Origin: Candidatus Nanoarchaeia archaeon
GTDB lineage: Bacteria; Patescibacteriota; Minisyncoccia; Phycocordibacterales; DATGWK01
Reading direction: 5' to 3'
NCBI GenBank assembly: GCA_035299525.1
Contig: DATGWK010000081.1
Coordinates: 1-33,007 of the forward strand
Length of the DNA: 33,007 nt
In this document: piece after piece, positions 15,853-24,886 of the stretch
Position numbering within the stretch: the first letter of the stretch is position 1
Layout: each line of letters begins with the position of its first letter
Notes under the pieces: generated by a model
Database searches by the model: none
Told to the model about the DNA's origin: nothing
What the model saw: the letters and a program-made list of their open reading frames with translations, nothing else
Translations under genes and position numbers: made by a program

Positions 15853-17610
15853 TTACATCTCTTCGGGGGCTCGGATTCCGATAAGTGAGAGCCCAACAGC
15901 AAGTGTATTTTTTACCGCTTCAGCAAGAGCTAAGCGATACGAAGAACTTTTGTTAGCCTTATCGATAATGACATTGTTTGCATAGTATGCATTAAACGTT
16001 GATGCCAATGTAATGAGATACGTCACAATGAGCTGTGGTGCGAGTTCAAGCTGGGCTCGTTCAACCACCTCTGGGAAGCGAACAAGAATGTGTTCGAGTT
16101 CACCCGGGTTTTCTACATGCTCAAGACATGGTTTAATTCCCTGCTCTTTGGCCTTTCTTAAGACAGAATTAATACGCGCATGAGCGTATTGAATGTATGG
16201 ACCAGAATCTCCTTCGAATGAAAGTGATTTATTAAAATCAAAAATAATATCTTTTCCCGGAGACTGCTTGAGAATCGAATACTTAATCGCACCAACCGCA
16301 ACATCAGTCATGATTTCCCTTTTCTGAGCAGCGGCAAGGTCTCGATCTTTCATCTTTTCTTCAACGAGTTTTTCAACATCTGCAATCAGCGATTCACCAG
16401 TGATCACATTTCCCTTTCGAGATGACATCTTACCTTCTGCGAAACGCATCATGCCGTGACTAATATGTCGTGTCTTGTTTGCAACTGTTGGATTTGCGAA
16501 TTCAAGAACTTTCAAAAATACCTTGTAGAAATCTGTTTGCTCGCTCGCAGTAATAACAATCGATTTATCATAATCAACCTGATCAAACTTCATCTTCGCG
16601 AGTCCAAGTTCTTTTGTCTCGTATGTCGGAAGACCTTGAGAATTGATGAATACACGAGTATGGAGACCGTATTCTTCACCCTTAAATACAACAGCCCCGT
16701 CACTTTTCACCAAAATTCCTTTTTCTAAAAGTTCTTCTGCAACAAACATACCGAGTGGAGCTGATTCGCTTTCAAAAAAGTATTTATCAAAATTGGTTCC
16801 AAGCTTTGCGTAGATTTCTTCAAAGTGAGCAAGACTTACCTTTCTACCCCAATCATAGAGTGCGTTAATTTCTGGATCAGATTTCTGATAAATCTTTTTA
16901 TTAATTTCATCAATTTCTTGCCTCGAACCTTCTTCATAAGATGAAGACCCTAGCACATAAGCTTCACCAATTTTTAAAATAGCTTCTCTTTCTCTAAAAT
17001 GCTTCATTAACTTACCCTCTTCATAAACTTTTGCCCCAAACCAAGAAGCAAGACCAAAAAAATCCAAAATTCTTCTCTTGTTCCAATACTTTTCCGTAAC
17101 TTCTGGAAGGGTCATTCCCAATCTCATCATGCCCCAAATTGCTTTCGCAACATGCGGACCAACATCACCCTGATAGTTCGCTCGAGTTACTTCTGCACCA
17201 CTCCATGTCGCAATTCGAGAAATAGCCTCACCAATTGAATTGCTCATCAAATGACCGATATGAAACGGTTTAAACGGATTTGGGTCAGTGAATTCGATAA
17301 TCACCTTCTCGCCATCAAGAATTGTATTTTTACCAAAGCTGTTTGGATCTTCGTTAATTTCTTTAATTACGTCCTGGAAATACTTTGGTGAATAAAAGAA
17401 ATTAATAAATCGCCCAACAAGAACAGCTTTCTCAATATATGGATGACTTACTGTTTCGAGTTTGAGATTCGCAATATCAAACCCCTTATCTTTTACGAAG
17501 AAAGAAAGATCGCCATTTTTGATATCTTTTGGCGGATTCAAATCAGCCTTCGTTGCTTTGATCGAAAGTTTTTCTAGTTCACCTATTACAATGTCGCGAA
17601 TATCTACCAT
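15853..17610 (-). CDS. argS: arginyl-tRNA synthetase
   Basis: HIGH-type motif (PFHIGHL), a KMSK-like motif (MSSRKG), and an ArgRS C-terminal DALR anticodon-binding region. I chose the start MVDIRD, which abuts the dut stop. Confidence 0.9.
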   Translation of the reverse strand: MVDIRDIVIGELEKLSIKATKADLNPPKDIKNGDLSFFVKDKGFDIANLKLETVSHPYIEKAVLVGRFINFFYSPKYFQDVIKEINEDPNSFGKNTILDGEKVIIEFTDPNPFKPFHIGHLMSNSIGEAISRIATWSGAEVTRANYQGDVGPHVAKAIWGMMRLGMTLPEVTEKYWNKRRILDFFGLASWFGAKVYEEGKLMKHFREREAILKIGEAYVLGSSSYEEGSRQEIDEINKKIYQKSDPEINALYDWGRKVSLAHFEEIYAKLGTNFDKYFFESESAPLGMFVAEELLEKGILVKSDGAVVFKGEEYGLHTRVFINSQGLPTYETKELGLAKMKFDQVDYDKSIVITASEQTDFYKVFLKVLEFANPTVANKTRHISHGMMRFAEGKMSSRKGNVITGESLIADVEKLVEEKMKDRDLAAAQKREIMTDVAVGAIKYSILKQSPGKDIIFDFNKSLSFEGDSGPYIQYAHARINSVLRKAKEQGIKPCLEHVENPGELEHILVRFPEVVERAQLELAPQLIVTYLITLASTFNAYYANNVIIDKANKSSSYRLALAEAVKNTLAVGLSLIGIRAPEEM

Positions 17611-17611
17611 A

Positions 17612-18040
17612 TTATTTTCCTGTACTCCCAAAGCCTCCCTCACCTCGTGCTGTCTCTGACAATTCCTCTGCTTCTACAATTGTAACGTCTTCCTTTTTCT
17701 GAATACACATCTGTGCGACTTTATTTCCTCTCTCAAAAGTATACGGCGCATCTGAAAGATTAATCATTCCAACCATGACTTCACCTCGGTACGAAGAGTC
17801 AATTACCCCACCAAGGGTTTTGAGACCACCCTTGTGTGACAAACCACTCTTATCCCAAATGAAACCGACGTATCCCTCAGGGATTTCCATCTTGAGACCA
17901 GTTTTTACCTGCACACGCTCCCCAGGTTTGAATGTAACAGCCTCACTCGCTAGTAAATCAAATGCCGCATCGCCCTGAAGTGCGTATTTTGGTAGCGGCA
18001 AGCTCTTATCCATTCGGACGATTTTGAGAGTCAGTGACAT
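17612..18040 (-). CDS. dut: dUTP diphosphatase
   Basis: Trimeric dUTPase motifs: GDAAFDL, KSGLSHKGG, GVIDSSYRGE and RGEGGFGSTG. Confidence 0.9.
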   Translation of the reverse strand: MSLTLKIVRMDKSLPLPKYALQGDAAFDLLASEAVTFKPGERVQVKTGLKMEIPEGYVGFIWDKSGLSHKGGLKTLGGVIDSSYRGEVMVGMINLSDAPYTFERGNKVAQMCIQKKEDVTIVEAEELSETARGEGGFGSTGK

Positions 18041-18066
18041 GCCCTCATTGTACAGAAAATAGAAAT

Positions 18067-18765
18067 TTATCCCACCTTCAACTTACTCTTCACTGTTTTG
18101 TAGACCTCCTCATGAACCGCCTCAGGAAGCATGCAAACCATACCATCACAACAGTTAATTTTTGCCCAATTTTTGTAGTTTTTTGCCATGTAGAGCGCAC
18201 CATTTCGAGAGTGCTCGAGATGTGCCAAATTGTCTTCAGCCACATCTTTCCTGCCGTCTTTCAAATAGGTTTTCTTTCGTTGGGCAACCTTCTGTTTTAG
18301 CCAATCTTTGCTTACTTCAAAGGGGACATCGAGATATAAAACCAAATCCGGTCGCGGGATACCAAAGACTTTGTGCTCCATTACATCAAGCCAATCAAGA
18401 AATTCTTTTCGCTCCTTTGGATCTTCAATCTTACCTCCTTGATGGATTTGGTTTGCACTGACGTATCGGTCCGCGAGTACAACATAGCCTTCATCGAGCC
18501 ATTTCTTAATATGTTTACTTGATTCAAAACGGTCACCAGCATACAGCACTGAAGCGATCCGAGAATTAACACCGATGAAATCACCGTGCTTTCCACTCAA
18601 ACATTCACCAATCAGTTTACCGAAAAGGTTAGTATCGTACCGAGGAAAATCAATTGTCTTTATTTTTACACCCGCCTTCTTGAGTCGAGCAGCAAGCAGC
18701 TTTACTTGTGTCGCCTTTCCAGATCCATCGATACCGTCAATAACAATTAATTTCCCTTTTTTCAT
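18067..18765 (-). CDS. tmk: thymidylate kinase
   Basis: P-loop (IVIDGIDGSGKATQ), the DRY motif (ADRYVSAN) and a lid region. Confidence 0.9.
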   Translation of the reverse strand: MKKGKLIVIDGIDGSGKATQVKLLAARLKKAGVKIKTIDFPRYDTNLFGKLIGECLSGKHGDFIGVNSRIASVLYAGDRFESSKHIKKWLDEGYVVLADRYVSANQIHQGGKIEDPKERKEFLDWLDVMEHKVFGIPRPDLVLYLDVPFEVSKDWLKQKVAQRKKTYLKDGRKDVAEDNLAHLEHSRNGALYMAKNYKNWAKINCCDGMVCMLPEAVHEEVYKTVKSKLKVG

Positions 18766-18775
18766 AATTATATTT

Positions 18776-19951
18776 TTATTTTTTCCTTAACACCTCATCA
18801 ATCTTTCTCGCAATTTTCACCATATCCTTCTCTTTCTTTCCTCGAGTGGTTTCTGCCGCAGTACCAAGTCGGATTCCAGACGGATCCATTGGAGATCGGG
18901 TTTCATTTGGAATGGTATTTTTGTTTACGATAATTCCCGCTTTTTCGAGTTTATCGCTCGCATCTTTTCCAGACACACCCTTCCCCTTCATCCATGTATC
19001 TACGAGGATGAGATGTGTATCAGTTCCACCAGAAATAATTTTCCAACCAAGCTTCTTGAGTTCATCAGAAAGCGCTTTTGCATTCTTTACAATTTGAGCA
19101 CCGTACTTCTTGAACGCAGGAGTTGAAGCCTCTTTGAGAGCAATGGCAACAGCAGCAATTTGGTTCATATGCGGACCACCCTGTAATCCTGGGAAAATCG
19201 CTCGATCAATTTTCTTATCGAGTTCTCGTTCATCTTTCTTTGCAAAAATAATTCCGCTTCGAGGACCACGAAGGGTTTTGTGAACAGTTGTTGTTACGAT
19301 ATCAGCGTATGGAAATGGACTTGGGTATGCACCAGCCGCAACAAGCCCTGCCGTGTGAGCCATGTCCACCATAAGAAGTGCGCCACAGGCATCGGCGATT
19401 TCTCGAAACTTTTTGAAATCGATTGATCGTGGGTATGCAGTGAAACCAGCAATGATCATGTTTGGTTTATGCTCCATTGCAATCTTTTTAATTGCTTCGT
19501 AATCAAGCATCTCAGTGTTTGGATCAACACCAAACGGAATTTGATTCCAAAGTTTTCCTGTCGCAGAAACTTTGTGACCATGAGTTAAATGACCACCGTG
19601 ATCAAGACTCATACCCATCACCTTTCCGTGTGGAGACACGAGACCAACGTACACCGCCAAGTTTGCAGGTGAACCAGAAAGCGGCTGAACGTTTACATGC
19701 CAGTTCTTTGCATTGAGTTTAAATAGTTTAAGCGCACGATCAATTGCAATCTCTTCAATCGTGTCAGTATTGGTCTGACCACCGTAGTAACGCTTCCGTG
19801 GATAACCTTCTGAGTACTTATTAGTGAGTTCCGAACCAAGAGCCTTCAAAACATCGTCAGAAACATAGTTTTCAGAGGCGATAAGATTGATAACTCCCTT
19901 TTGTCGTTTCTTTTCGGCCTGAATTAGTTTCTCAATCTGTTTATCTTTCAT
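18776..19951 (-). CDS. glyA: serine hydroxymethyltransferase
   Basis: SHMT signatures: LIASENYVS, the PLP-lysine region TTTVHKTLRGPRSG, and YYGG. I chose the start MKDKQIEKL. The ORF-track GTG extension runs into the thyX start. Confidence 0.95.
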   Translation of the reverse strand: MKDKQIEKLIQAEKKRQKGVINLIASENYVSDDVLKALGSELTNKYSEGYPRKRYYGGQTNTDTIEEIAIDRALKLFKLNAKNWHVNVQPLSGSPANLAVYVGLVSPHGKVMGMSLDHGGHLTHGHKVSATGKLWNQIPFGVDPNTEMLDYEAIKKIAMEHKPNMIIAGFTAYPRSIDFKKFREIADACGALLMVDMAHTAGLVAAGAYPSPFPYADIVTTTVHKTLRGPRSGIIFAKKDERELDKKIDRAIFPGLQGGPHMNQIAAVAIALKEASTPAFKKYGAQIVKNAKALSDELKKLGWKIISGGTDTHLILVDTWMKGKGVSGKDASDKLEKAGIIVNKNTIPNETRSPMDPSGIRLGTAAETTRGKKEKDMVKIARKIDEVLRKK

Positions 19952-20026
19952 GGTGGGAAATTTTTCTTCTTGAATATAGTAAAATATCCGAGACCCATTT
20001 ACAAACAAAAATCCTAAAACCCACAC

Positions 20027-21400
20027 ATGAGTACACTCGAGTCAATCGTTCACACAGAGATTCCGCTACCAAAAGGAGGTTTTGTGCTCATTTTAAATAC
20101 TGGATCTGTCATCAGCGCTGAGTCAGAAGCGATGCTCCAGGCACTCCACTCACGTTCTATTGGGGGTATCAAGAGCCATTTGAAAGTCCTTGAAGCAAAA
20201 GGCTCAGACAACTTCATGGCAAACTTCTATGTTGGCTATGGTCACAAATCTATCGGTGACTGTGGAACCTGCACAATTTTTATTGAGGGGGTTTCTATGC
20301 TTGCTGCAAAAGCAGTTCAAGACTCACCTCTCTACTCTGGTCAAGAAGCATCAACTCGCTACATCGACTTCGCAAAACAAAATTTCATCGATCCAGTTGG
20401 TGACAAGGACAAAAAGAAATCAAAATTAACAAAAGACATTCTTGAGTCATGGCGCGCATTCTACTTGAAAGGTCTCGGCGTTCTTCAAGCCGATCTGCAA
20501 AAGCGCTTCCCTCGGGGTGAGAACGAGAACGAAAAGATTTATACAAAAGCAATTAATGCCCGGGCATTCGATATTATGCGAGGCTTCTTACCTTCTGGTG
20601 CTTCAACCAACTTCGCATGGCATACCAATTTCCGTCAGGCTGCTGACCATCTCATGAAACTCCGTCACCACCCGCTAGCCGAAGTTCGTGAACTTGCAGA
20701 CACAATCGAAACAGCATTGAAAAAAGCATACCCGAGCTCATTCGGTCATCCACGATTCGAAACAACCGAAACCTTCAACAAAAAATGGATGGAGAAAATG
20801 TATTACTACACCGCGAAATCACCGGTAGATTTTAAATTATCAAAAAACAATATTGATAGAAAAAGTCTCGCCGTCTTTAAGAAAAATCTTAGCGCTAGAA
20901 AACCAAAAACAGAAATCCCAAAGGAAATTGCTGAATGTGGCTCACTTCAGTTTGAGTTCTTACTCGACTTCGGTTCATTCCGCGATGTTCACCGACACCG
21001 AGCTGTAAATCAGCGAATGCCGCTTATCACTATGAAGCATGGCTTTGAAGAATGGTATTTGAACGAACTACCTGCAGATTTCCGAGCAGAAGCTAAGAAG
21101 TTTATTGCTGAGCAAAAGAAGAAAATCACTGCACTTAAGGCAAGCAAGGAAGAAGCTCAGTACTACATTCCAATGGGATACAAACTTCCAAACAAGATAA
21201 CCGGCCCCCTTAATGCCCTTGTATATCTTGCCGAACTTCGTGCTACACGATTCGTTCACTTCACACTACGCAAACGAGCTCAACAAATAGCCAATACTCT
21301 CGCAAAAGAATTTAAAAAAGAAGGACTCGTAATCCATCTCGATAGCGATCCCGATCGATTTGATATAAAACGTGGTGAGCACGACATTGTGCAGAAATAA
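20027..21400 (+). CDS. thyX: ThyX-like FAD-dependent thymidylate synthase, tandem-duplicated (457 aa)
   Basis: There are two Thy1-like halves. The N-half has GHKSIGD...IEGVS...SGQEASTRY but no RHR. The C-half has FRDVHRHRAV but no S-x-RY. Both halves keep the AR..LP / ELR-type C-terminal helices. Confidence 0.6.
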   Translation: MSTLESIVHTEIPLPKGGFVLILNTGSVISAESEAMLQALHSRSIGGIKSHLKVLEAKGSDNFMANFYVGYGHKSIGDCGTCTIFIEGVSMLAAKAVQDSPLYSGQEASTRYIDFAKQNFIDPVGDKDKKKSKLTKDILESWRAFYLKGLGVLQADLQKRFPRGENENEKIYTKAINARAFDIMRGFLPSGASTNFAWHTNFRQAADHLMKLRHHPLAEVRELADTIETALKKAYPSSFGHPRFETTETFNKKWMEKMYYYTAKSPVDFKLSKNNIDRKSLAVFKKNLSARKPKTEIPKEIAECGSLQFEFLLDFGSFRDVHRHRAVNQRMPLITMKHGFEEWYLNELPADFRAEAKKFIAEQKKKITALKASKEEAQYYIPMGYKLPNKITGPLNALVYLAELRATRFVHFTLRKRAQQIANTLAKEFKKEGLVIHLDSDPDRFDIKRGEHDIVQK

Positions 21401-21401
21401 T

Positions 21402-21429
21402 AAAAACAGCACCCGCGGGTGCCGTTTTT
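21402..21429. terminator. bidirectional terminator between convergent thyX and dcd
   Basis: AAAAAC-A-GCACC-CGCG-GGTGC-CG-TTTTTA. Both strands read a hairpin followed by a T-run. Confidence 0.6.
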
Positions 21430-22537
21430 ATTTAAAGTGCTTCGCTAACTTCGGACCAACTTGGACTGAATAGTTAGACTGCATTCCATCATACGTAGTC
21501 TCTGGAAGTTCACTCATTCGCTCAAACTTTATTTTGGCAATCGGCTGACCGTGGCGAACAATAAGATCTTCGAATGGTCGAACCTCGAGGGTTAGTGCTC
21601 GGCCCCTTCCTTCACCCTTCGCTCCCCATCCCCATCCCGGGTCAATGAAACCTGCGTAATGCGAACGGAATTCTCCGCTACGTTCATCCATAGAAACCAT
21701 TTCACAAGCGAGCTCTGGCGGCACACGAACCGCTTCATTTGTTGAAAGAATATAAAACGAACCCTTCTTGAGATATAGATAATCCCCTTTCATTTTCACA
21801 GGCTTAAAGAATTTTTTAGAATCGTAGTGTTTGATTTTCGAAAGGTCGAGTACTTCTTTTGAAAGAATTCCCTCATACCCCAAAACCTTTCCTTCAAGGT
21901 CGAGCGTGAGAATGATTGAACCATCACCGTCTTTGATCTTTAGTTCATCATATGTATGAGGCGTATTCCCCTTAATACTCCAGATGAGTTTGTGTTGCTT
22001 AAGCGCAATTTCGGTATCGAGTTCAGACAATCGAGTATCTGCGTTAAAGAATCGGAGCTGGTTAAGGCTAATTCCTTCGAAGAGCTTCAAAGAAAATGTC
22101 TTTGGAACAACAGAGATCCAAAGCTCACCCTTGTATCCAGGAGTTAGAGCGTCGTAACGAGCAACTCCATCTGCGATAAGTCGAACATGCATGTCGACAC
22201 GACCGCTTGTAGATTTTGGATTACAGAAAGCGTACACAGACTCAGGTAGCTCCAACTTTTCGGTGAGCCGTGCAATGTACATCTGTTCACAGACAAGGGG
22301 TTTATCGATTGAGTGCTTTTCTTTCTTAATTTTCTTCAAAACCTCACGAACACTTTCACCAACTCGTGGCTGGAAAATGCCTTCTACTTTATAAATTTCG
22401 TTTGAAACAGAGAGATCAAGTGATGATGGTTTTACATTTCCTTCTTTTGAACCAGTAATGAAACCGGCCTGAGTCATTCGGAGAATGGTTTGGTATGGCA
22501 GTGCTCCTCGGTGGTTCGGTGCGGAAGAAATTTTCAT
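21428..22537 (-). CDS. dcd: dCTP deaminase, long (about 370 aa) DCD-family form
   Basis: The 369-aa length and N-terminal pattern (LPYQTILRM..AGFITGS..NVKPSSLDLSVSNEIYKV) match the long 2'-deoxycytidine 5'-triphosphate deaminase family. It sits within the dTTP cluster. Confidence 0.65.
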   Translation of the reverse strand: MKISSAPNHRGALPYQTILRMTQAGFITGSKEGNVKPSSLDLSVSNEIYKVEGIFQPRVGESVREVLKKIKKEKHSIDKPLVCEQMYIARLTEKLELPESVYAFCNPKSTSGRVDMHVRLIADGVARYDALTPGYKGELWISVVPKTFSLKLFEGISLNQLRFFNADTRLSELDTEIALKQHKLIWSIKGNTPHTYDELKIKDGDGSIILTLDLEGKVLGYEGILSKEVLDLSKIKHYDSKKFFKPVKMKGDYLYLKKGSFYILSTNEAVRVPPELACEMVSMDERSGEFRSHYAGFIDPGWGWGAKGEGRGRALTLEVRPFEDLIVRHGQPIAKIKFERMSELPETTYDGMQSNYSVQVGPKLAKHFK

Positions 22538-22561
22538 CGGTGTATTGAGTACAAGAGTAAC

Positions 22562-22589
22562 AAAAAACTCGCCAGAGAGCGAGTTTTTT
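22562..22589. terminator. terminator after rplK (A6-hairpin-T6)
   Basis: AAAAAA-CTCGC-loop-GCGAG-TTTTTT, about 15 nt downstream of the rplK stop. Confidence 0.6.
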
Positions 22590-22604
22590 GTTTTGTGTAT
22601 TAGA

Positions 22605-23030
22605 TTATCCTTTTACTTCAACTCCCATTGATCGTGCAGTACCCTCAACAATCTTCATGGCACCTGCGACATCGTGAGCATTCAAGTCCACAAGTTTCTT
22701 TTCTGCAATTGCCTGAACTTGAGCCTTGGTGATCTTACCGATCTTCTTTGTATTAGGAGTACCTGAACCTTTTTCTTGCTTCAAGACCTTGAGGATCATT
22801 TGGCTTGCAGGTTCGGTCTTGTAGACCATTTTGTATGTTCGGTCTTCGTATACGTTAACAATTGTAGGGACCATTTCACCTACTCGGTCGCCTGTTTCAG
22901 CATTAAAGCGCTTTACGAATTCACCGATGTTAATACCAGCAGCACCAAGCGTTGGGCCGAGCTGTTGACCAGGAACGGCCTTACCGCCGGCGATGATCAT
23001 TTTGAGCTGTTTTGTAACCTTTTTTGCCAT
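22605..23030 (-). CDS. rplK: 50S ribosomal protein L11
   Basis: L11 signature (PGQQLGPTLGAAGINIGEFVKRFN...), 141 aa, downstream of nusG. Confidence 0.95.
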   Translation of the reverse strand: MAKKVTKQLKMIIAGGKAVPGQQLGPTLGAAGINIGEFVKRFNAETGDRVGEMVPTIVNVYEDRTYKMVYKTEPASQMILKVLKQEKGSGTPNTKKIGKITKAQVQAIAEKKLVDLNAHDVAGAMKIVEGTARSMGVEVKG

Positions 23031-23054
23031 AAATGTTTAGAGGGAAAATATAGC

Positions 23055-23600
23055 TTAAATTCGCTTTACTTGCAAGAAATCGAGCTCTACTGGGGTTTCG
23101 CGGCCGAACATAGCCACAAGTACCTTAATTTTGCCTCGTTCTGAGTCGACTTCGCTTACCTTACCCTCGAGATCCTTGAATGGACCATCGGCAATCTTAA
23201 CCGCATCTCCGAGAGAGAGGTCGATTGCGTGTTTTGCTCCATCAGTATTCATTCGAGCAAAAAGTGAATCAACTTCAGCTTTGCTAAGTGGTACTGGATA
23301 TACTCCAGATCCAACAAAGCCTGTTACACGAGGGGTGTTTCGAACCACGTACCAAGAATCATCTGTAACTGTCATATCTACAAGAATGTAACCGGGGTAG
23401 ATTTTCTCTTCTTCCATGACTCGCTTACCTGCTTTTACCTTGATCTTTTTTTCAGTAGGAACGATGACGTTAAAGATCTTGTCTTCCATGCCAAGAGATT
23501 CGATACGTTGTTTAAGATTACGCATCACTGCGTTTTCGTATCCTGCATATGTATGGATCGCATACCAATTACGACCCTCTTGAATTTTTTGTTTTGACAT
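23055..23600 (-). CDS. nusG: transcription termination/antitermination factor NusG
   Basis: NGN domain (WYAIHTYAGYENAV) and a KOW motif (GDAVKIADGPFKDLEGKVSEVD). Confidence 0.95.
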   Translation of the reverse strand: MSKQKIQEGRNWYAIHTYAGYENAVMRNLKQRIESLGMEDKIFNVIVPTEKKIKVKAGKRVMEEEKIYPGYILVDMTVTDDSWYVVRNTPRVTGFVGSGVYPVPLSKAEVDSLFARMNTDGAKHAIDLSLGDAVKIADGPFKDLEGKVSEVDSERGKIKVLVAMFGRETPVELDFLQVKRI

Positions 23601-23617
23601 AGGCCGAGCTAATTAAT

Positions 23618-23797
23618 TTAAATTAAAAACTTTGAAATCAATTGAGTGAAGATGTAATCAAACACACCCAAAAAGATCGCAACAAGAATGGAAATACCGA
23701 TCACAACCAAAGTAAAAGCAACCGCCTGGCTTCGGGTTGGCCAGCTTACATGTTTGAGTTCACCTCGGGTTTCCTTGAGATATTCGAAGAATTTCAT
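23618..23797 (-). CDS. secE: preprotein translocase subunit SecE
   Basis: This 59-aa ORF falls below the ORF-track length cutoff. It reads MKFFEYLKETRGELKHVSWPTRSQAVAFTLVVIGISILVAIFLG..., the typical SecE motif plus one TM helix, immediately upstream of nusG. Confidence 0.8.
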   Translation of the reverse strand: MKFFEYLKETRGELKHVSWPTRSQAVAFTLVVIGISILVAIFLGVFDYIFTQLISKFLI

Positions 23798-23956
23798 GAG
23801 TTTTTGGTTTTAATAAAAAGAGTACTTTTTGTTCAGACTTGGTCACGAATCATGCAAAAGCGAGCTTTGGCGCGATGCCGTTCTCTCGTCTTAACAAAAA
23901 CCGCCCCGTGGGCGATGACATAATACTACCTCCTTTCTACTTATTGTCAACACAAA

Positions 23957-23982
23957 ACAAAAACCCCATGTGGGGTTTTTGT
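23957..23982 (-). terminator. terminator after the SIMPL-domain gene
   Basis: AAAAACCCCA-TG-TGGGGTTTTT is a symmetric hairpin with flanking A and T runs, about 20 nt after the stop at 24003. Confidence 0.6.
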
Positions 23983-24002
23983 TGAGCACTTTTGAAAGTC
24001 GA

Positions 24003-24800
24003 TTACTTGATTGCGTACGTAATTGATACGTTAGAAACAATCTGGTTTTCGCCTGCTGGCAATGATGGTACCGATGCACCATCTTGAGCTGAAACACTGA
24101 GCTCCTTTGCATAACCGCCAGCGTATGGAAGTGGGTAATAATCAGAATTGTCATAATAATTTACAACACCACCGAGTCGAATACCGAGTTCTCCCGCAAG
24201 TCTTTCTGCTTTCTGTCTTGCATCAGCAATAGCTTTTTCTTTTGCTTCTGCTCGTACTGCTTCGTGATCATCAATCGTGAATGAAAGACCACTGATGTTA
24301 TTAAGCTGAACTGAACCCAGTTGACCCAAAATAGTTCCTGCCTTTGAGGTATCGCGAACTTTTACTTGAATCGTTTGAGTCACTTCGTATCCATCGATTG
24401 TTTCCTTTCCAGGTGTACAGTAACCTGCTGTACAAACTGACTGAGTGTACTGGTAGTGAGGATAGATGTTGTAACTAACTGTCTTGATGTCTTTTTCTTC
24501 AACACCTGCTGCTTTTACTAGTTCGATACCCTTGTTAACCTTGTCTGTAACAATCTTTTGAGCTGAACCAACATCCTTTGCCTTTTCTGTTGCACCAAAA
24601 GTAAAGGTTGCAATGTCTGGCTTTGCAAAAACTTCACCAAGACCGTTAACGGTAATTGTTCGCATTGCGGGCTGATTTTCACCTACGTTTGAGGTGAGTC
24701 GCAATGTGTAAAGTACCTGCACCGCCAAAAAGGCAATGAGTACAATAACCGCAATTACGCTGTACTTGATAAGTCTCTGACCATCTACTGTGTTAAACAT
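24003..24800 (-). CDS. SIMPL/DUF541-domain membrane-anchored protein
   Basis: An N-terminal TM helix followed by a pattern typical of SIMPL (26-kDa periplasmic immunogenic protein) family members (TITVNGLGEVFAKPDIATFTFG...). Confidence 0.7.
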   Translation of the reverse strand: MFNTVDGQRLIKYSVIAVIVLIAFLAVQVLYTLRLTSNVGENQPAMRTITVNGLGEVFAKPDIATFTFGATEKAKDVGSAQKIVTDKVNKGIELVKAAGVEEKDIKTVSYNIYPHYQYTQSVCTAGYCTPGKETIDGYEVTQTIQVKVRDTSKAGTILGQLGSVQLNNISGLSFTIDDHEAVRAEAKEKAIADARQKAERLAGELGIRLGGVVNYYDNSDYYPLPYAGGYAKELSVSAQDGASVPSLPAGENQIVSNVSITYAIK

Positions 24801-24886
24801 ATGTGTATTATTTGCTACTAAATATTTACTAAGTATACACGGTACAAGACGCGTACTTTTGATCTTTATTACAAAACCATTTTGCC

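Noticed and set aside
19952-20026. N-terminal extensions of ORF-track models: the glyA GTG at 20026, argS at 17643, NUDIX at 15902, and the 174-aa ORF at 25411.
   Set aside because: The extensions overlap neighbouring genes or the divergent thyX start and add non-conserved residues. Internal ATGs give canonical N-termini and tidy gene spacing.
23798-24002. An expected rpmG (L33) gene or tRNA-Trp upstream of secE.
   Set aside because: None of the three minus-strand frames gives an L33-like Cys-knuckle peptide, and there is no T-loop or cloverleaf. Only a short leader with promoter-like and terminator-like signals is present.
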